A stretch of DNA of 64,000 nucleotides from Tubulanus polymorphus (Eukaryota; Animalia; Nemertea): contig NC_134035.1 of assembly GCF_964204645.1 (NCBI RefSeq), positions 10,262,451 to 10,326,450 of the forward strand, in the 5' to 3' direction. Within the stretch, counting starts at the first letter, position 1. The number at the start of each line of letters is the position of its first letter. The position numbers and the translations under genes are program-made. Under the pieces are notes generated by a model. It saw nothing but the letters and a program-made list of their open reading frames with translations. It searched no databases and was not told where the DNA came from. Below, one piece after another: positions 27,617 through 40,971 of the stretch.

Positions 27617-28514
27617 GTACATTATCAACGAGTTCACTCGGATTCAAATCTTAAACTCAGAACCCAGTGGAACTGGATCCAGAGGTGGGAGGTTCATCGA
27701 CATATAAAACAAACGCTCGCGTTTAACGACTGAAAAAAAAATGTCATCAATTTCACGACGACGACGACGACTACAACGGAATTGTCCAAACTAGCGAATA
27801 AAAACGGGGAGAAAAAATCTTTATCTGGCGATACTCAAACAGCGGTGAATATAAATAACAATGACGTTCGGCATTAAATATTGAATTGACATCATTTTCA
27901 TGTTTTTGCAATACTCGAAACGCAAACAATACCAACTGAAGTCGTTATGGATTTCCTTTATCGCGAGTTGACATTGCTACAGTAACAACCACTCTCGGCG
28001 GAATATAATTCCGTTTGTTCTGCGATAATAAACTTTAAGTACTTTTAACTCCCAGTGTGTGAGCGTGTGCGCGCGAGTTTAATTATGAAAACTTAAAAAT
28101 GGCAATTTCGCAATGTACACACACCAGCGATTGCGGGGCGAAATATGCGACGCGCGATCATTTTTCCCGCAGCTTTTCTTCTTTTTGACCCGTAAAAACC
28201 ATTAAAATAAAGTTTATATACATCGATACCTACAGTATGCATTATTTCAAGAGTCGATGTGCATTACATCATCAATACTGACATTTCAGACTAACTATTA
28301 AATTGTGAATTTCGTTATCAAATATATTTCCTAACCGTAATTTTTTTTTGGATAAATTGTAATGACTGCTTTCAAGAGGATGTACACTATGTCATCAATA
28401 TTTCAGGGCTAGACTGGTTTTCGGTCAATTCAATTCAATTATCGATATATTCAAATCCAAAATAACTTTACTGATCCTAATCTAAATCATATTATTCCTT
28501 ATAGAAAACACCTG

Positions 28515-28648
28515 ACTCACACCTGACGATGATCTCTAGGGTGAGATCGAAACGTCGTGTCTATTATATATTTTAGATTAAATAAATAAATTCTGGTTTT
28601 TAAATTCTTTTAATCTGTAAATAGTGGGATTTTATCTTCATATTATTC
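28515..28648 (+). mobile_element. Short hammerhead-bearing Penelope-like terminal (pLTR) fragment, family 1
   Basis: Hammerhead motif followed by an AT-rich tail with AATAAA ending tagtgggattttatctt. Homologous copies at 27487, 37474-37762 and 63034-63160. Confidence 0.65.
28519..28560 (+). ncRNA. Minimal type-I hammerhead ribozyme motif (Penelope-like/retrozyme type), intact core
   Basis: ACAC-CTGACGA-T-GATCTC-tagggt-GAGATC-GAAA-C-GTC-GTGT. Helix I ACAC/GTGT, perfect 6-bp helix II, GUC cleavage triplet, palindromic loop-less helix III (ACGT). Confidence 0.75.
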
Positions 28649-30320
28649 CTTGTTGACAATTTTAAGCAATATATATGAGTTATTTTTCAAGGCGTCGATA
28701 AACGTTCAAGTTACATTTCTTGTCAATCCCTCTTCGACAAGGCGTTTCGCAAGAATTGTCGCCCAAGGTTTTCAACTAGCGAGAAATCTAAACCGGCCAA
28801 TATCCGCTTATATGCGAGCGTACACTCGAAAGATCTGCTGTTCTAAGATGGCAATCATGCAGCTAGATTTTCTCATATCACTAAAGCTTCTTGTCACGAA
28901 ATGGTTTTCGACGTATCTTAATGTAAGTATGTTCTATAATCTTGAAGTTTGATAACATTATTTCAAGGCGGATGTAGTGACAAGTTATGACTAAATTCTA
29001 AGATGGTAATCAGGCAGCTATTTAGGTTTGCCATCTATAGTGAACTAGTTGCACCATGCTTCCAGTAAATCTGCAACATTATGAAAGTCCATTTCTGGTA
29101 AGGTTAGAATTTTCCAAGATGGCAACCAAGCAGCTATGTAAGTTAACCATCTATAGTGAACTATGGTTCTAGTAGGTCTGCAACATTAAGAAGGTCCATT
29201 TTCTTTGCCCGTTTATTCTGGTAACGTTTGAATTTTCCAAGACGGCAAACAGGCAGTTACATTTGCTTAAGCCAAAGACGGTCAATATCTGCACAACGCC
29301 AATGGTCTCTGGCAGGTTTTCTGCAACTTAATCAGAATCATCACGCATCATCAGTAATGTTCTTAAAGAAAGAGTCCAAAACCTTGTCTTTTAATTTGTG
29401 ATATCGTTTTTAATCTTTTATACTGTGGTGAAATTGTATATAGCAGGTTTTCATTCCATGTCTGAATGTTAGGGGGCTATTTCTACTAGAACTTCGTCTG
29501 ACAATTTTTGTAATATCAGAACACGGCGATCGCGTAGCTAGCTATCTCGACGCCGCGACTAAATTCGAAACCATCTATCAACTTAAGCAAAAAGTAAACT
29601 CCGCAATGCACCGATGAACTCGTCTAAGCGGTATACACCGACGACGGTAAACCGCGCACCGCCGCGTGATCGTGCCTGGTCCGACCGTCGACGAACTTAA
29701 ATCAGATATTTTGCATTAGTTTTGATTCCGCGAAAACACAACATCCGAACCTGACGTATCCATGGCAACCGATAAAACGGGCGATTTTTATGTGTTTGTG
29801 TTGTGAACTGTTTAATTTAATCTATATTCAGACGACTATAATAACTGTTCATTGTTTATATAGTCAATACAATATTCAGTGTTCGCGCCGGTATTGACTT
29901 CGGGTGCGTTGCGCGCGCGCCCGTCAGCCGTGCATCTCGTTTCGTTTCGATGATAAGTTATTAATATGTAAATTGAATCTTCAACAATAAATTACGAAGC
30001 AGTATGCCGAATGAATACTCGATCTATTTTGTAATTAAACAACACGTAATATTCGATACAATACTGTAGGCGCGCGCACGCAGCACGTCCGCGGTCGATT
30101 GTGTGCTCACGACAAAAAACGCGAACAGGACCCCCTGACAAACGATCCCGATTTATCATTGTTTATCATCGATGAAATCGCCGTCATCCGTTTTTAACAC
30201 AGATATTTCCGCATTTAATGTCTATCTATATTTCTATAATCTCTACAATTCACCGCTTCGTCGAAAACAATGTCGTTACCGTATTTCATACAATACAACT
30301 CGCTTCAGTAGTGGTAGTTC

Positions 30321-30716
30321 GGACGAGAGGCTAGTGAAAGTACTGACTCACCGACTGACTGACCGACTGACTGACTGACTGACTAACCGACTGACTGACT
30401 GACCAACTGACTGCTGACTGACTGACTGCTACAAACAGCATTCAAACGCATGAATCCTCGATTGATGAGAGACCAGTGAATGACTGACTGACGTGGACCC
30501 TGAATTGAAGAGATCAGCACATGAACCCCGGCTTGACGAGAGGCTAGTATGTGAAAGACTGACTGACAGACTGACAGACTGACTGACTGACTGACTGACT
30601 GACTGACTGACTGACTGACTGACTGACTGACTGACTGACTGACTGACTGACTGACTGACTGACTGACTGCTGCCACCAGGATTCAAACAGTATGAACTCC
30701 GGATTGATGCGAGTAA
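30321..30716. repeat. (GACT)n microsatellite interleaved with SINE-head fragments
   Basis: GACT runs at 30342-30427 and 30557-30668, separated by segments homologous to 59540-59600. Confidence 0.85.
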
Positions 30717-33073
30717 AACAGTTGCAATTGAAACTATACGTCTGTCATTACATCGCTGACATTTCACCAATAAAAAAGCAATAAAATTATTCAGCGCCTC
30801 AGAAAAAAGCAAGTGCCGTTTTAAAACCTCGGAAATCCTTTCAATCTCGGCGTTCGGCTGCGGCACTACCCGTGAAAGTGACAATCCAATTAAAACGTTC
30901 GACATTTTAAATCTCATTCCCTTCGAACTAGAAAAAAAAACAGAGAAAACGGCGAACGAGAGGAGAATTCGACCGGTTTTGACAACGAGCAACGCCGACG
31001 AGGCAAAGACGATTAGATTATTTAGATATCGAACGACGAACGTCGTCGAGCCTCGCCTGATATAAAGATATTATTCACCGTACGACGACGCGGACAACAA
31101 CGGGAATCAATGGATTTTAATACACGCAGGTACTGTAGGGGAATTATTTTCCACTATCATCGACTCGCATTCGCGTTTATAATTGCCAATTCATTTACAA
31201 GTAGTCGTTGTGGATATTGTTTCTGGTGGCACGCGCCGCCAGCGCCACCGCGGCGGCGTCGTCGTGCGAAATCTTCGTCGAAGTAACCGCGACAACTATA
31301 CGAAATAATTAAAATCGGTTTTTTTTCTTTCGGTCGTTTCGATGGCTGCGTGCGTGCGTGTACGACGTGCGTGTATCAATCGAATACGTTTATGAATGAA
31401 TGTTTTTTCGAACCGGCGCTGATGGGGTCTCATCATAGCACCGACTGCTGCCCGCGTAATTGAAATAGTATCGAAAATAAATAATTGAACCGACCGAACC
31501 AACCAGAGGCGCATTTCGTTTTTAGAGCGAACTGATTAGGTTTACTAAAAAAAACTGCATATGTTTTGAGACAGGTTTGTAACTGATCAGCTCGAACTGG
31601 AGCTTGATTTGTTTCGATAGGCAGTTTCAATAAACAGACCAATCCGTTATAAAAGCCGTTTGCTCAACCAAGATGGCGGCATATTCAAGAGTATCCCCAA
31701 ATAACTAAGAAAGACTAACTTCCCGAACCCTATTGGTTTGTTCATCTTGACGGGACATGGCCATTGAAAAGTTGCCAGCACAGTGTTAGCAGCCAGCAGG
31801 GCTCGAACCCATTTGTCACTCAGCACTGATAGTGGGCGCAACAGCATCACGACTTACGCCACTGAGTTACGATTTCAACTGCAAATTCAATACCTATATA
31901 TCACTCTCTAAAGTTACTAAATTTTCTTTACGTGTCTTAATTAAAACTGTGGAGCGCGGCGCAGTTTTTCAGCATTCAGTTCCACATTTATGAGACTTTC
32001 TAGTTCCACAGTTATATAACTATATAACAGGGCGTCAATGCGTGAAATCTTCTAAGATAGCTATAGCTGTGCTCTATTATTTTCACTTTCTCTAAATGTC
32101 TCACTAAAAACAGTGGAAGGCGGGAACGGGATGTCAATGGGTAAGGTAGCTATAGGTTTGCGCGCTCGTCTGAAAGCGGAGCTCGAACCGCGCACCGATG
32201 CGGTCGACACGACTCGCGAGATCTTCAAACATCTCGTCCTCAGAGTCGAAATGACGCCGCGAAGCGAGCGATAAAGTTCACTTATCGACGAACTTAAAAG
32301 GAAGGAGAAAGATCAGAAAGCTGATCTGATTACCGGCGACGGTAAGATTTCTCGATATTTTTTCCCGACCGTACACATCCCGAATAATATATCGATTAAA
32401 ACTCGAAAACAAAAAAACTCCCCGAAGTCCAAACTAACTAGGAATCATTTATTCAATAATAAAACCGTGTCGCGCGCGTGGCTCCTTTATAAATCCGATA
32501 AGGTTAACAACATTATTATTACATCCAATGCCGAGATGTAAGAATACTGGTTTTTTTATGTCTTTGCGCGTCGCGCCGAGACCCGACCCACGCCGGCGCA
32601 CGATAAAAAATTACTGTAATTCACCCGTCGAAAAACGAGTCGCTTACAAACAGTAACTTAATATTTATAACCGGCGTCGGTCGCTGCGAGCGAGATTTTC
32701 CCCGCGCGCTTTGAAGTTTATTACGAGTTATCTAAGTAGTAATTGCGTATGAAAGGAAAATACCGGTTGCGCGCGGTAAGTTCCGCGATTTCAACGTCTT
32801 TTCAGTCGGCAACCGATCCGTCGTGGCGGCCGCTAACAGGCAACCATTCGAGCTTTGATACGGCGTCTTAATTCGTCATCGACCGTCTTTGTGTCAAGAA
32901 AATTCTTTCGACGTTTCGCTCCTTCTGCCGCGATTCAGTTTTGCCAACGAATTTCGAGCGTTCGTCATCTTCAAAGACAATTGTTCCACTGACCTTAGAC
33001 CCGACTACTTTGACTCCGGAGCCAAATCAAACTCAAATCCAATGTTACCCTAATCAATTAGTGTTGTCAACAG

Positions 33074-33166
33074 GATCCAGTTCCACAGTTCCGAGTTGAG
33101 ATTTAACTCATTGAAAATAAACTAACTTTAACTCAGAGAGTTAACTCACAACTGTGGAACTGGGTC
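33074..33166. mobile_element. Sister copy of the 55820-55927 MITE
   Basis: gatccagttccacagtt...aactgtggaactgggtc with the same internal gagttaactc palindrome. Confidence 0.6.
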
Positions 33167-36100
33167 CATCCAGTAAATCACTCACTCGAACTTGAAATGC
33201 TAACAAAACAATGCTGTAGTAAATGATGCGACTCACTCAAATGAACCAGTTAGCACTGACACGCAATAATTTGACTCGAGCTAAAATTTAGAACGGACGT
33301 TTATTAAATTTAGAAACTCAGTCGTTTTCGTCCAGCTGAATTGGTCTGTTCTAAATTGGAATTTGGAAACATAATTGGAAATTCCGGATCGCCTGAAACA
33401 ATTTTCCATCAAACCTGATAAGTTCATAAGATCACATAAGCATCTTTGGCCCGTTCCAAATTAGGCCAAGAACAACTATTCACACAGGTGCCAAATTGGT
33501 CAGAGCCTGTTTGGCTCGGGGTAAATTTAGCCAGAACAAAAAAGTTGGACCAGACCCAAGCCAAATTTCTGCATTGGTCGAATCATTGCGTGTGAATTGC
33601 ACTAGAGGTACAAGAAGTTACTCACTTCGCTTTGTTCAGCAATATAGAGTGAATGAGAGGTTTACATATAAACGCGTTCTCTAATCAGGCACGGGCCAAA
33701 TTTGGTTCGAGTCTGATCAGTGCCAATTTAGCCCGGGCCGAATAAAATTGCGCGCATATTGTCACAGCTATAGCCAGCGTCGAAATCAAACTTCTCGTCT
33801 TAATAGAAAGAGGGATGAATCGTCGCGTTGTGATTTAGATATAAATGAAAATGATACAATCCTATTGCGAACGAACGAACACGGTGGTATATAGCTAAAA
33901 GCCGATTTCACGGCTCGGAATTCAATACGAACCTTTTAGTCGTCTCTAGTATATCGCGGCCGTACCTAGCCGGCTGTTTTTTTTCCCTTTAAAATTTGAG
34001 TTAACCTTTACCGCCGGGCGTCGCCGACGAGATTAAAGCCCTTCACGAAGACGTAAACTCGAGCCGAATTACCTAAATTGTCGTCGTTGCCGTTGTTTTT
34101 TTTTTCCCTCAACTTATTCAGTTTTCGTCGAACTTTCGAGAAACCGAAATCAGCCGACGACGGATAAAAGACGCGCTTGAAAAGACGACGTCTATTATTA
34201 GCTACTGAAATATACTACGCGCGTCGAAAAATTATATTCCATTTGCTTTATTAAAACTTTTAATCGAAAACGTACTCGGCGGACACCGCGGCCGCCGCGA
34301 CAAAAATACGATTGAATAGACCGCAGAAGACGGAGATAAAACCGTGATGAAAGTACAGGATATAATCGGCACGAAGCCTTGTATATGACACGCGTCGTGT
34401 ACATGTACGATCTGAAAATTTCGATCGCAATTAAATTTAATTAAATATCACACTTACACGTATGGAGTTGGAGAGATAGAACCGACGAGAACCGGCAGTT
34501 CTTCGCGGGAAACGTATTGACAGTAAAGATTCGAAGATCGCGAGACGACGACGGCTCATCGTCGCCGTCGTCGTCGTCGTCGTCAAAGATGATGTTGATG
34601 ATGAAATAAGTTTCAAACGTTTGAAGTCAATTTGTAACGCACAAAACATGCCACGCTTTGGTTACTAAGACGAAACCACGAATAAAAACACACCAAAGAA
34701 TTGAAAAAAAAATATCCTTTCTAAATGAGTTGTCGACTTTAGTCTCAGATTTGTCGACTTTAGTCTTAGACTCAGTGCTTTAGTGGCTAGGTCTTGACAA
34801 TCACACATGGCTGAGATGGCTGAGAGCGGGTCAAACTTTCCCCGCTGATCCTGGGCCAAACTTGCCCCAATCATTGAAACAATCATTTAACATGTTGAAA
34901 AAAAGCTATAGAATGTAATCACTATAGTCGCGATCACATTGAGACAATTCGGCCTGGGTCAACTTGTCACGAATCGGGACGGAGTCAAATTTGGCCTGTG
35001 CCCGATTAGAGAGCGAGTTCATAGGACAACACAAGCCTTTTTGGCCCCACCAAAAACGTCCGACCAGGCCCGAGCCAATTGATATGTCTTCACTTTGCAC
35101 TCATTCAAACAATTTTGCTAGCCCCATGCCCAAGTAGGCTTTAACCTGAATTTTCCTAGATTTTTCCGTTTGATTACAAAACATCGCTTGTTTCAGTTCA
35201 TTCAGCTGAAAGACTTTTGCGCAGTAAGGAGTAGTTGAGCCGTGTATGGAGGAGGTACGTATAAGCGTAGTTGTATTTTTTTCAGCGCTCGTGTGAATGG
35301 GAATTAAAGAAGAACGACGCATCATGAATACTGTTGTGAACGAAGTGCTCACCGTCGATACATACTAGTAAGCCCTCCATTTCCGGTACAATCAAACTTT
35401 AATCTACCCGGGCTTCCGCTGGTTTATGTTTTACGTCGTCGCGGTATTGCGTTCTCGGCGTAGTCGAGTACGTATGGGTTATTACGCCGCGCGGAATCGG
35501 ATGGATATTTGTCGTCTGATTGTACATACACGATCCATCGCGCTGTCTCCTTGTCGAAAAGAAGATGGGCAGTTTTTTTCTAAGTAATCATCGGTTATTT
35601 TTGGCGGATTTCGATAGAACTCTTTATCAGGGTGACCATTTGACTTGCTTTTCCCCCCGACTATTCCCTGACATGCATGTTTTTTTTCCCAGACTCGATT
35701 TGCTAAGAATCCAATGATTTTAACACTGTCATACATGTTACTGTCTGAACTGACTTTTCCCTGATTTCTAGATTTTTAACAAAATTCTCTGACTATTCCC
35801 TTTTTTTAAGGAAAATAAAATTCCCCAACTTTCCCCAATTTGCAGGTAAGTGGCGCTGCCCTGTTTGTCTTTCTTCAACATCAACAAATATTGCAGCGCC
35901 AAATATTATACTTCTATCCTTGATCGCTCTAGCATTTCTGGCCCCAGTCAAATGTGGTCGGTGCGCAATAATTTCACCCGTGCTAAAATTTAGCTCAGGC
36001 CTAAATTTTTTGCACGGGCCCACTAGGTGCCCGTGTAAACATTGTTCCTGGCCAAAAATGTTAGAGTGATCGCGGCTTATAAAAGAAGGTCAAAATTATG

Positions 36101-37473
36101 GTCTAATCAGCTCCTCACCTATGAACAGTAACATGACAAATGGAAGCCGAAATAAATGATCTCATTTGGCAGCTCGATCAATGTTATTTCGATTAAACTC
36201 ATTCAAAAGTGTTTAATAGAGATAAATGCCGATGGTTTTTTATTCCATGTTTGATGATGGACAAAAAGCGTCGTCGCGACAACAAGTCAACGCACTGACT
36301 GAGAGAGTCGAGTAGACTCCGCTCAGTCCGTCGTAATAAGCTATTAGAACGTCGACGGCGATATATCAGCTGAAAATTACCATTAAAACAAACGACACTC
36401 CGTTCGACTCCAAATTGAGATTTAACGGTCGTGATTACCGACAGAGAGAGAGTGAGAGAGAGAAGTCCTTTAAAAGATATAAGCGGTAATTTATATCAAT
36501 ATTTCCACTGGTCGCGACTGCACGAGCTGAAACCTACCGGTCGCAGACATTATCATTGAATTCCGAGACGTATAAATTTTTATTCGCTGAAATTGTTGAA
36601 TTAGGCACAAATAAACTTATTTCAGTCATGAATGCCTTTAATATTTGAGGTAATAATCGTGTTTGCTGCTATTTTTCCGAGCTTTAGTCTTGATTTAATA
36701 AAAGGTTTTCATGGTTTTGCAGGTGCAGTATATCTATAGCTTTGAACTGATGGAAACATGTACTCAAACAAGTGCAACAATCAATAGAGCTTTTGAACTA
36801 AAAAAGGACCAAAGATTTTTTGCCCCATGTTCATTATTCTCTCCAAATACATTATTCAATTCTTTCCATGTTCATCATTCTCACCGTCCTAGATCACTTA
36901 ATCTAACTTCAAAAATGAGCACCGACTCGAAATGCAAACCTTCAATTTCCACATTAGAGGACATTATTCCCGAAGATGGGCATTAAGGCAACAGACTTTT
37001 AGACCTCCAAACAAATTCTGGAAGCAGGTTTTTCAGATCGACCGCTCTGGCGACTATATTTATGCAAAGAAAACAAAACATTTCTCCATCCATGATTATA
37101 ACAGAGCAAACATATTCAGCCCCCAAAAGACCAAAAAAACAAAACATGAAATCCTAGAGTGAATACCCCGCCCCAGCAGGTGGGCGATACGAAATTGATG
37201 GATTTTGCTGGTGTATTCAATCGCAAATATACGCCGTAATCATCAGCACCACCACGACCCTGAGTCCTGTAGCAATCTAAACACTATTATCCTCTGTACA
37301 TATTATATAATCACATATACATGTAAGAAGAGTGGTTAGTAAACAGTCGATATTAAAACGTCGCCAGTCAATTACACATATCCCTATATAACACCCATAT
37401 ACGTACGTAGTCACCATGCCCAACCTGTATTTGTCATATTCAGCAATCTATACAAGATGAATGATGTATTAGA

Positions 37474-37762
37474 ATAATAAGATTAAAACCCACTATCTAC
37501 AAATCAAAAGAATTCAAAAACTAGAAATTTATTTATTCGAACAATCTAAAATATACAAAATACACGACGTTTCGATCTCACCCTATAGAGATCAGCATCA
37601 GGTGTGTGACTCTGAAATCCCCTGGTGTTCACACACCTGACGATGATCTCTAGGGTGAGATCAAAACGTTGTGTATTTTATATATTTCAGATTGTTCGAA
37701 TAAGTAAATTTCTTCTTTTTAAATTTTTTCAATTTGTAGATGGTGGGTTTTTATCTTATCAT
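37474..37762. mobile_element. Inverted pair of family-1 hammerhead-bearing elements (~135-bp arms, 19-nt spacer)
   Basis: 37474-37609 is the reverse complement of 37629-37762. The minus copy has core CTGATGC...GAAACGTC; the plus copy has CTGACGA...AAAACGTT. Confidence 0.7.
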
Positions 37763-37871
37763 CCGTTCACCACGTTTGAGTGTGGTTATCGTTCTACGAT
37801 GTATTAGAATATTTTTCTCCAAAGGCAGATACGACGCAAGAATCAAATTTGAACCCATCGGTCAATTGGGT

Positions 37872-37962
37872 TGTAGGTAAAAATCCCCTAGGTAAAAATC
37901 CGCTAGGTAAATATCCCCTGGGTAAAAATCCCCAAATATTCAAAGTAGGTAAAAAACCCTAC
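37872..37962. repeat. 15-bp ggtaaaaatccccta repeats, probably a DNA-transposon subterminal array
   Basis: 4 tandem copies plus 1 spaced copy. Confidence 0.6.
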
Positions 37963-40799
37963 TTGGTGATTTTCATGTCATGGCTGTACAGGTCATTAAG
38001 TACGGGGAATTTACTCACGAAGCCTGTTTCTGCCACAGGAATGCCCCTGGTACTTTCACCATCAAAACATGGTCCACGTCCACACAATCATCAGGCATCG
38101 ACTTCTCAGGCGACAGTAACAGAACTGATACCGTAGATAATATGGAGATCTGAAACACGATAACATCAGAATTTTAGAAGATTTGCAACATTTATTGCAT
38201 ATGGACCGGAGTTGCAGGCGCAGATCCAGAGGCCAATTCTGAAGGACTTATCACAAAAGGCACTTTGATGTCCAAAAAGGTAATACCAGGTCCATTTTTA
38301 CCCTGAGGGGCTAATTTTGAAGAACTTGTGAAGTCCAAAAAGGGCCCTTTGTTGTCCAAAGATTTTATATTAGGTGCACTCCTGCGCTGAAATGTACCAA
38401 TTATGTTTGTCAACAAAATGAGGAAAAGGGCATTCAAAAAAATTTGATGGACTTGCATACAGCTCCCGGGATCAACCAGTTTTTTTAATGAAATAGTAGG
38501 GAAAACACGAAAAGAACACCATTTTCACCAAAAATTAGGAATATGTAGGGAAAAAACTTTGGCGGGGAACTGTAGGACTGCTTGCCAGCCTGATCATACC
38601 AAGATAACAACGCTATTCATATCTCCATGAAAAAAAAATAATGTCTCGCACTATTCATTCACCTGTGGCAACAATGTCAACGTAAAATTAGTAATTGACA
38701 CGAATTCATCGGCATTCACACATATCGTAGTAGAAACCTTCTTTTCTCTACGCCAGCAAATACAAAATTGAACCCCCGAGGGGCGAGCGGCGTGCCACCG
38801 AGTGAGTGCTTTAACGTTCCGCGGCGGAAAGCGCACCAGGCATCGATGATAATAATTCATAAAATTCGCAGCCGCAGTCACACATACAACACTCACTTGA
38901 GAAAGATCGAATTACAAAAATACAATCAAAGTACGCTTGAATGAAAGCCAGCAGCAGCAGCAGCACCAGCGACAGGCGAGAGACTCGAATCAAACAATGA
39001 TAATTCAACAACTAGCGAACTAGCGCGCAGTACAATTTATTTTCGAAAAATTAATGAGATTTTTTCTCAAGGTGGTCTCGGGGTTTGACTGGCTTGCCGG
39101 TGTACGGTGTACATAAACGCGCGAACGAGCGCGAGCGCGGCTTTGATAATACGTGTTTACAAAGGCAGCGAAAATGAAATTTAAATTGTCGGTTGTCGTC
39201 TGCCGAGTTCGAAGCCTGCCAGCTATCGCCCGAAATTACGACGACGACGAACGCTGTCGTAATTACTACCTAGTAGCGTGAGAAAGAATATCTGCAATTA
39301 TCGATCGACATAATTCGCGGGTTTATTCACCTTCTTTTTTCGAAACGAGAAAAATAGAACCGAATAATGGCCAAGCGGAAAATGTGTCTTAAGTGAACTT
39401 CGAGATATTGAATCGTTGGTGTTTCAGAAATTACGTTCATTTTTTTCTGGGTGAAATAAAGGCTCGTATGTAGAGCAGTAGTAGAGCATCACCGGCAAAA
39501 CTGAGTTAAGCGTGATCACAGGTCCAGGTCTAATTGGCACGGATCAAGCCCGAGTCAAATTTGCCATGTGCCTAATTAGAGCGCGTTTACAGTAAACCAC
39601 TCACTCAATACTAAACAAAGTGAAGTGAAACACTTCCAGAACCAGTTGCATTTTAGATGCAATAATTTGACTCATGCTAAAAGTTGGTCCTACCCAAACC
39701 GGCACAGGCCCATTTGGCACATGTGTGAAAAGTTTTTCCCGGCAAAATTCTGTCCAAAATGCTCATGTGATCACGGCTTTAGTCTCCAGTGTGCAGGAGC
39801 CAGTTTTAACTTGAGCCCGGGCGGTTAACTCTATTCATATTAGCATTTATAACTAACGTCACATTTGGCCCACGACAGCTTAGCCCTGGGCCAATAGTTC
39901 ACACTAGTGCTAAATGAATCTTGGTTTACTTGGGCCAAATTTTGACTCCACCATAGACATGCCAAATTTTAACATGAATCTAATTATTTTGTATGAATGC
40001 TAACTGGTTGAGTTAAACGGAACGTTTGAGAAAAACGAACCATTCATTCAGTTCTTATTGAATCATGTATTGATAAAGAAACACGTGGTCTGAATTTCCA
40101 GAGTTACGCATCAGATATAAGAAGCAAATATGCAATTTCGGAAATATCTACCTATTTTTAAAAGCATCTGTTGTAATTGATGAACTGACGCCGATCGGCC
40201 ATTTTTCATCGTAAATTCGCCCGGCGATGACAACAACGTCCGCGCGCGGCGTAATTGTACTTTCATTCATTTATTCATTCATCATCGCGAATAATATACA
40301 GCAATTTACCGACGGAGAAAAACCTACGAGAGAGGGAGAGATGATAAAAATTATACAACATACACACACACATACACATCACTGGCATTAAATCTGATGA
40401 TAGCATAGTAGAAACATAGTACCGGCTGAAAACACTGATTATATAAGACAACATCATACATCATTTCGCTGACTGTATGAATCTCTATATATGTATGACA
40501 TATCAGTCAGTTATGTTACGCAAAATGATACACAAAAACGTTACATTAGCGAGAAAAATTGGCTACAAATTAGATATGATCGAGCGTTATACATCATTTA
40601 TACTCGGTAAATATTAATCGCCGCGAAATGAATCTACGGGTTTTAATGCCGCGTCGAGTATTTGTAGTATAGTGTAGTATAACTTATAGATCGGGTGGTA
40701 ATGAAAAACGTCTAGATAATGATTATTGATATAGATAACCGTTGATGAAACGCTGTGTCCGTGTTGTGACGATATATAGAGAATCACACACTGTACGAC

Positions 40800-40963
40800 G
40801 AGAAAGATGAAGTCCAAAAATTTCCGTTAAGCTAATGATTTATAGATTTGATGTTTTTTGACTGTAGCTTAATAGCCATCGTCAGGGATACTGAATAAAC
40901 ATCTTCAGAAACGTTGAATCAACGAATCAGCACGAAGGAAACTTTTTGGACTTCATCTTACTC
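40800..40963. mobile_element. Degenerate inverted pair of hammerhead-like elements, family 3
   Basis: Terminal arms gagaaagatgaagtccaaaaatttcc / ggaaactttttggacttcatcttactc. Minus strand CTGACGAtggct...agtcAAAAAACATC; plus strand GAAACGTT. Confidence 0.4.
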
Positions 40964-40971
40964 ATTATACA

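Noticed and set aside
30383-30992. SQSV-repeat ORFs
   Set aside because: Translation of the (GACT)n microsatellite.
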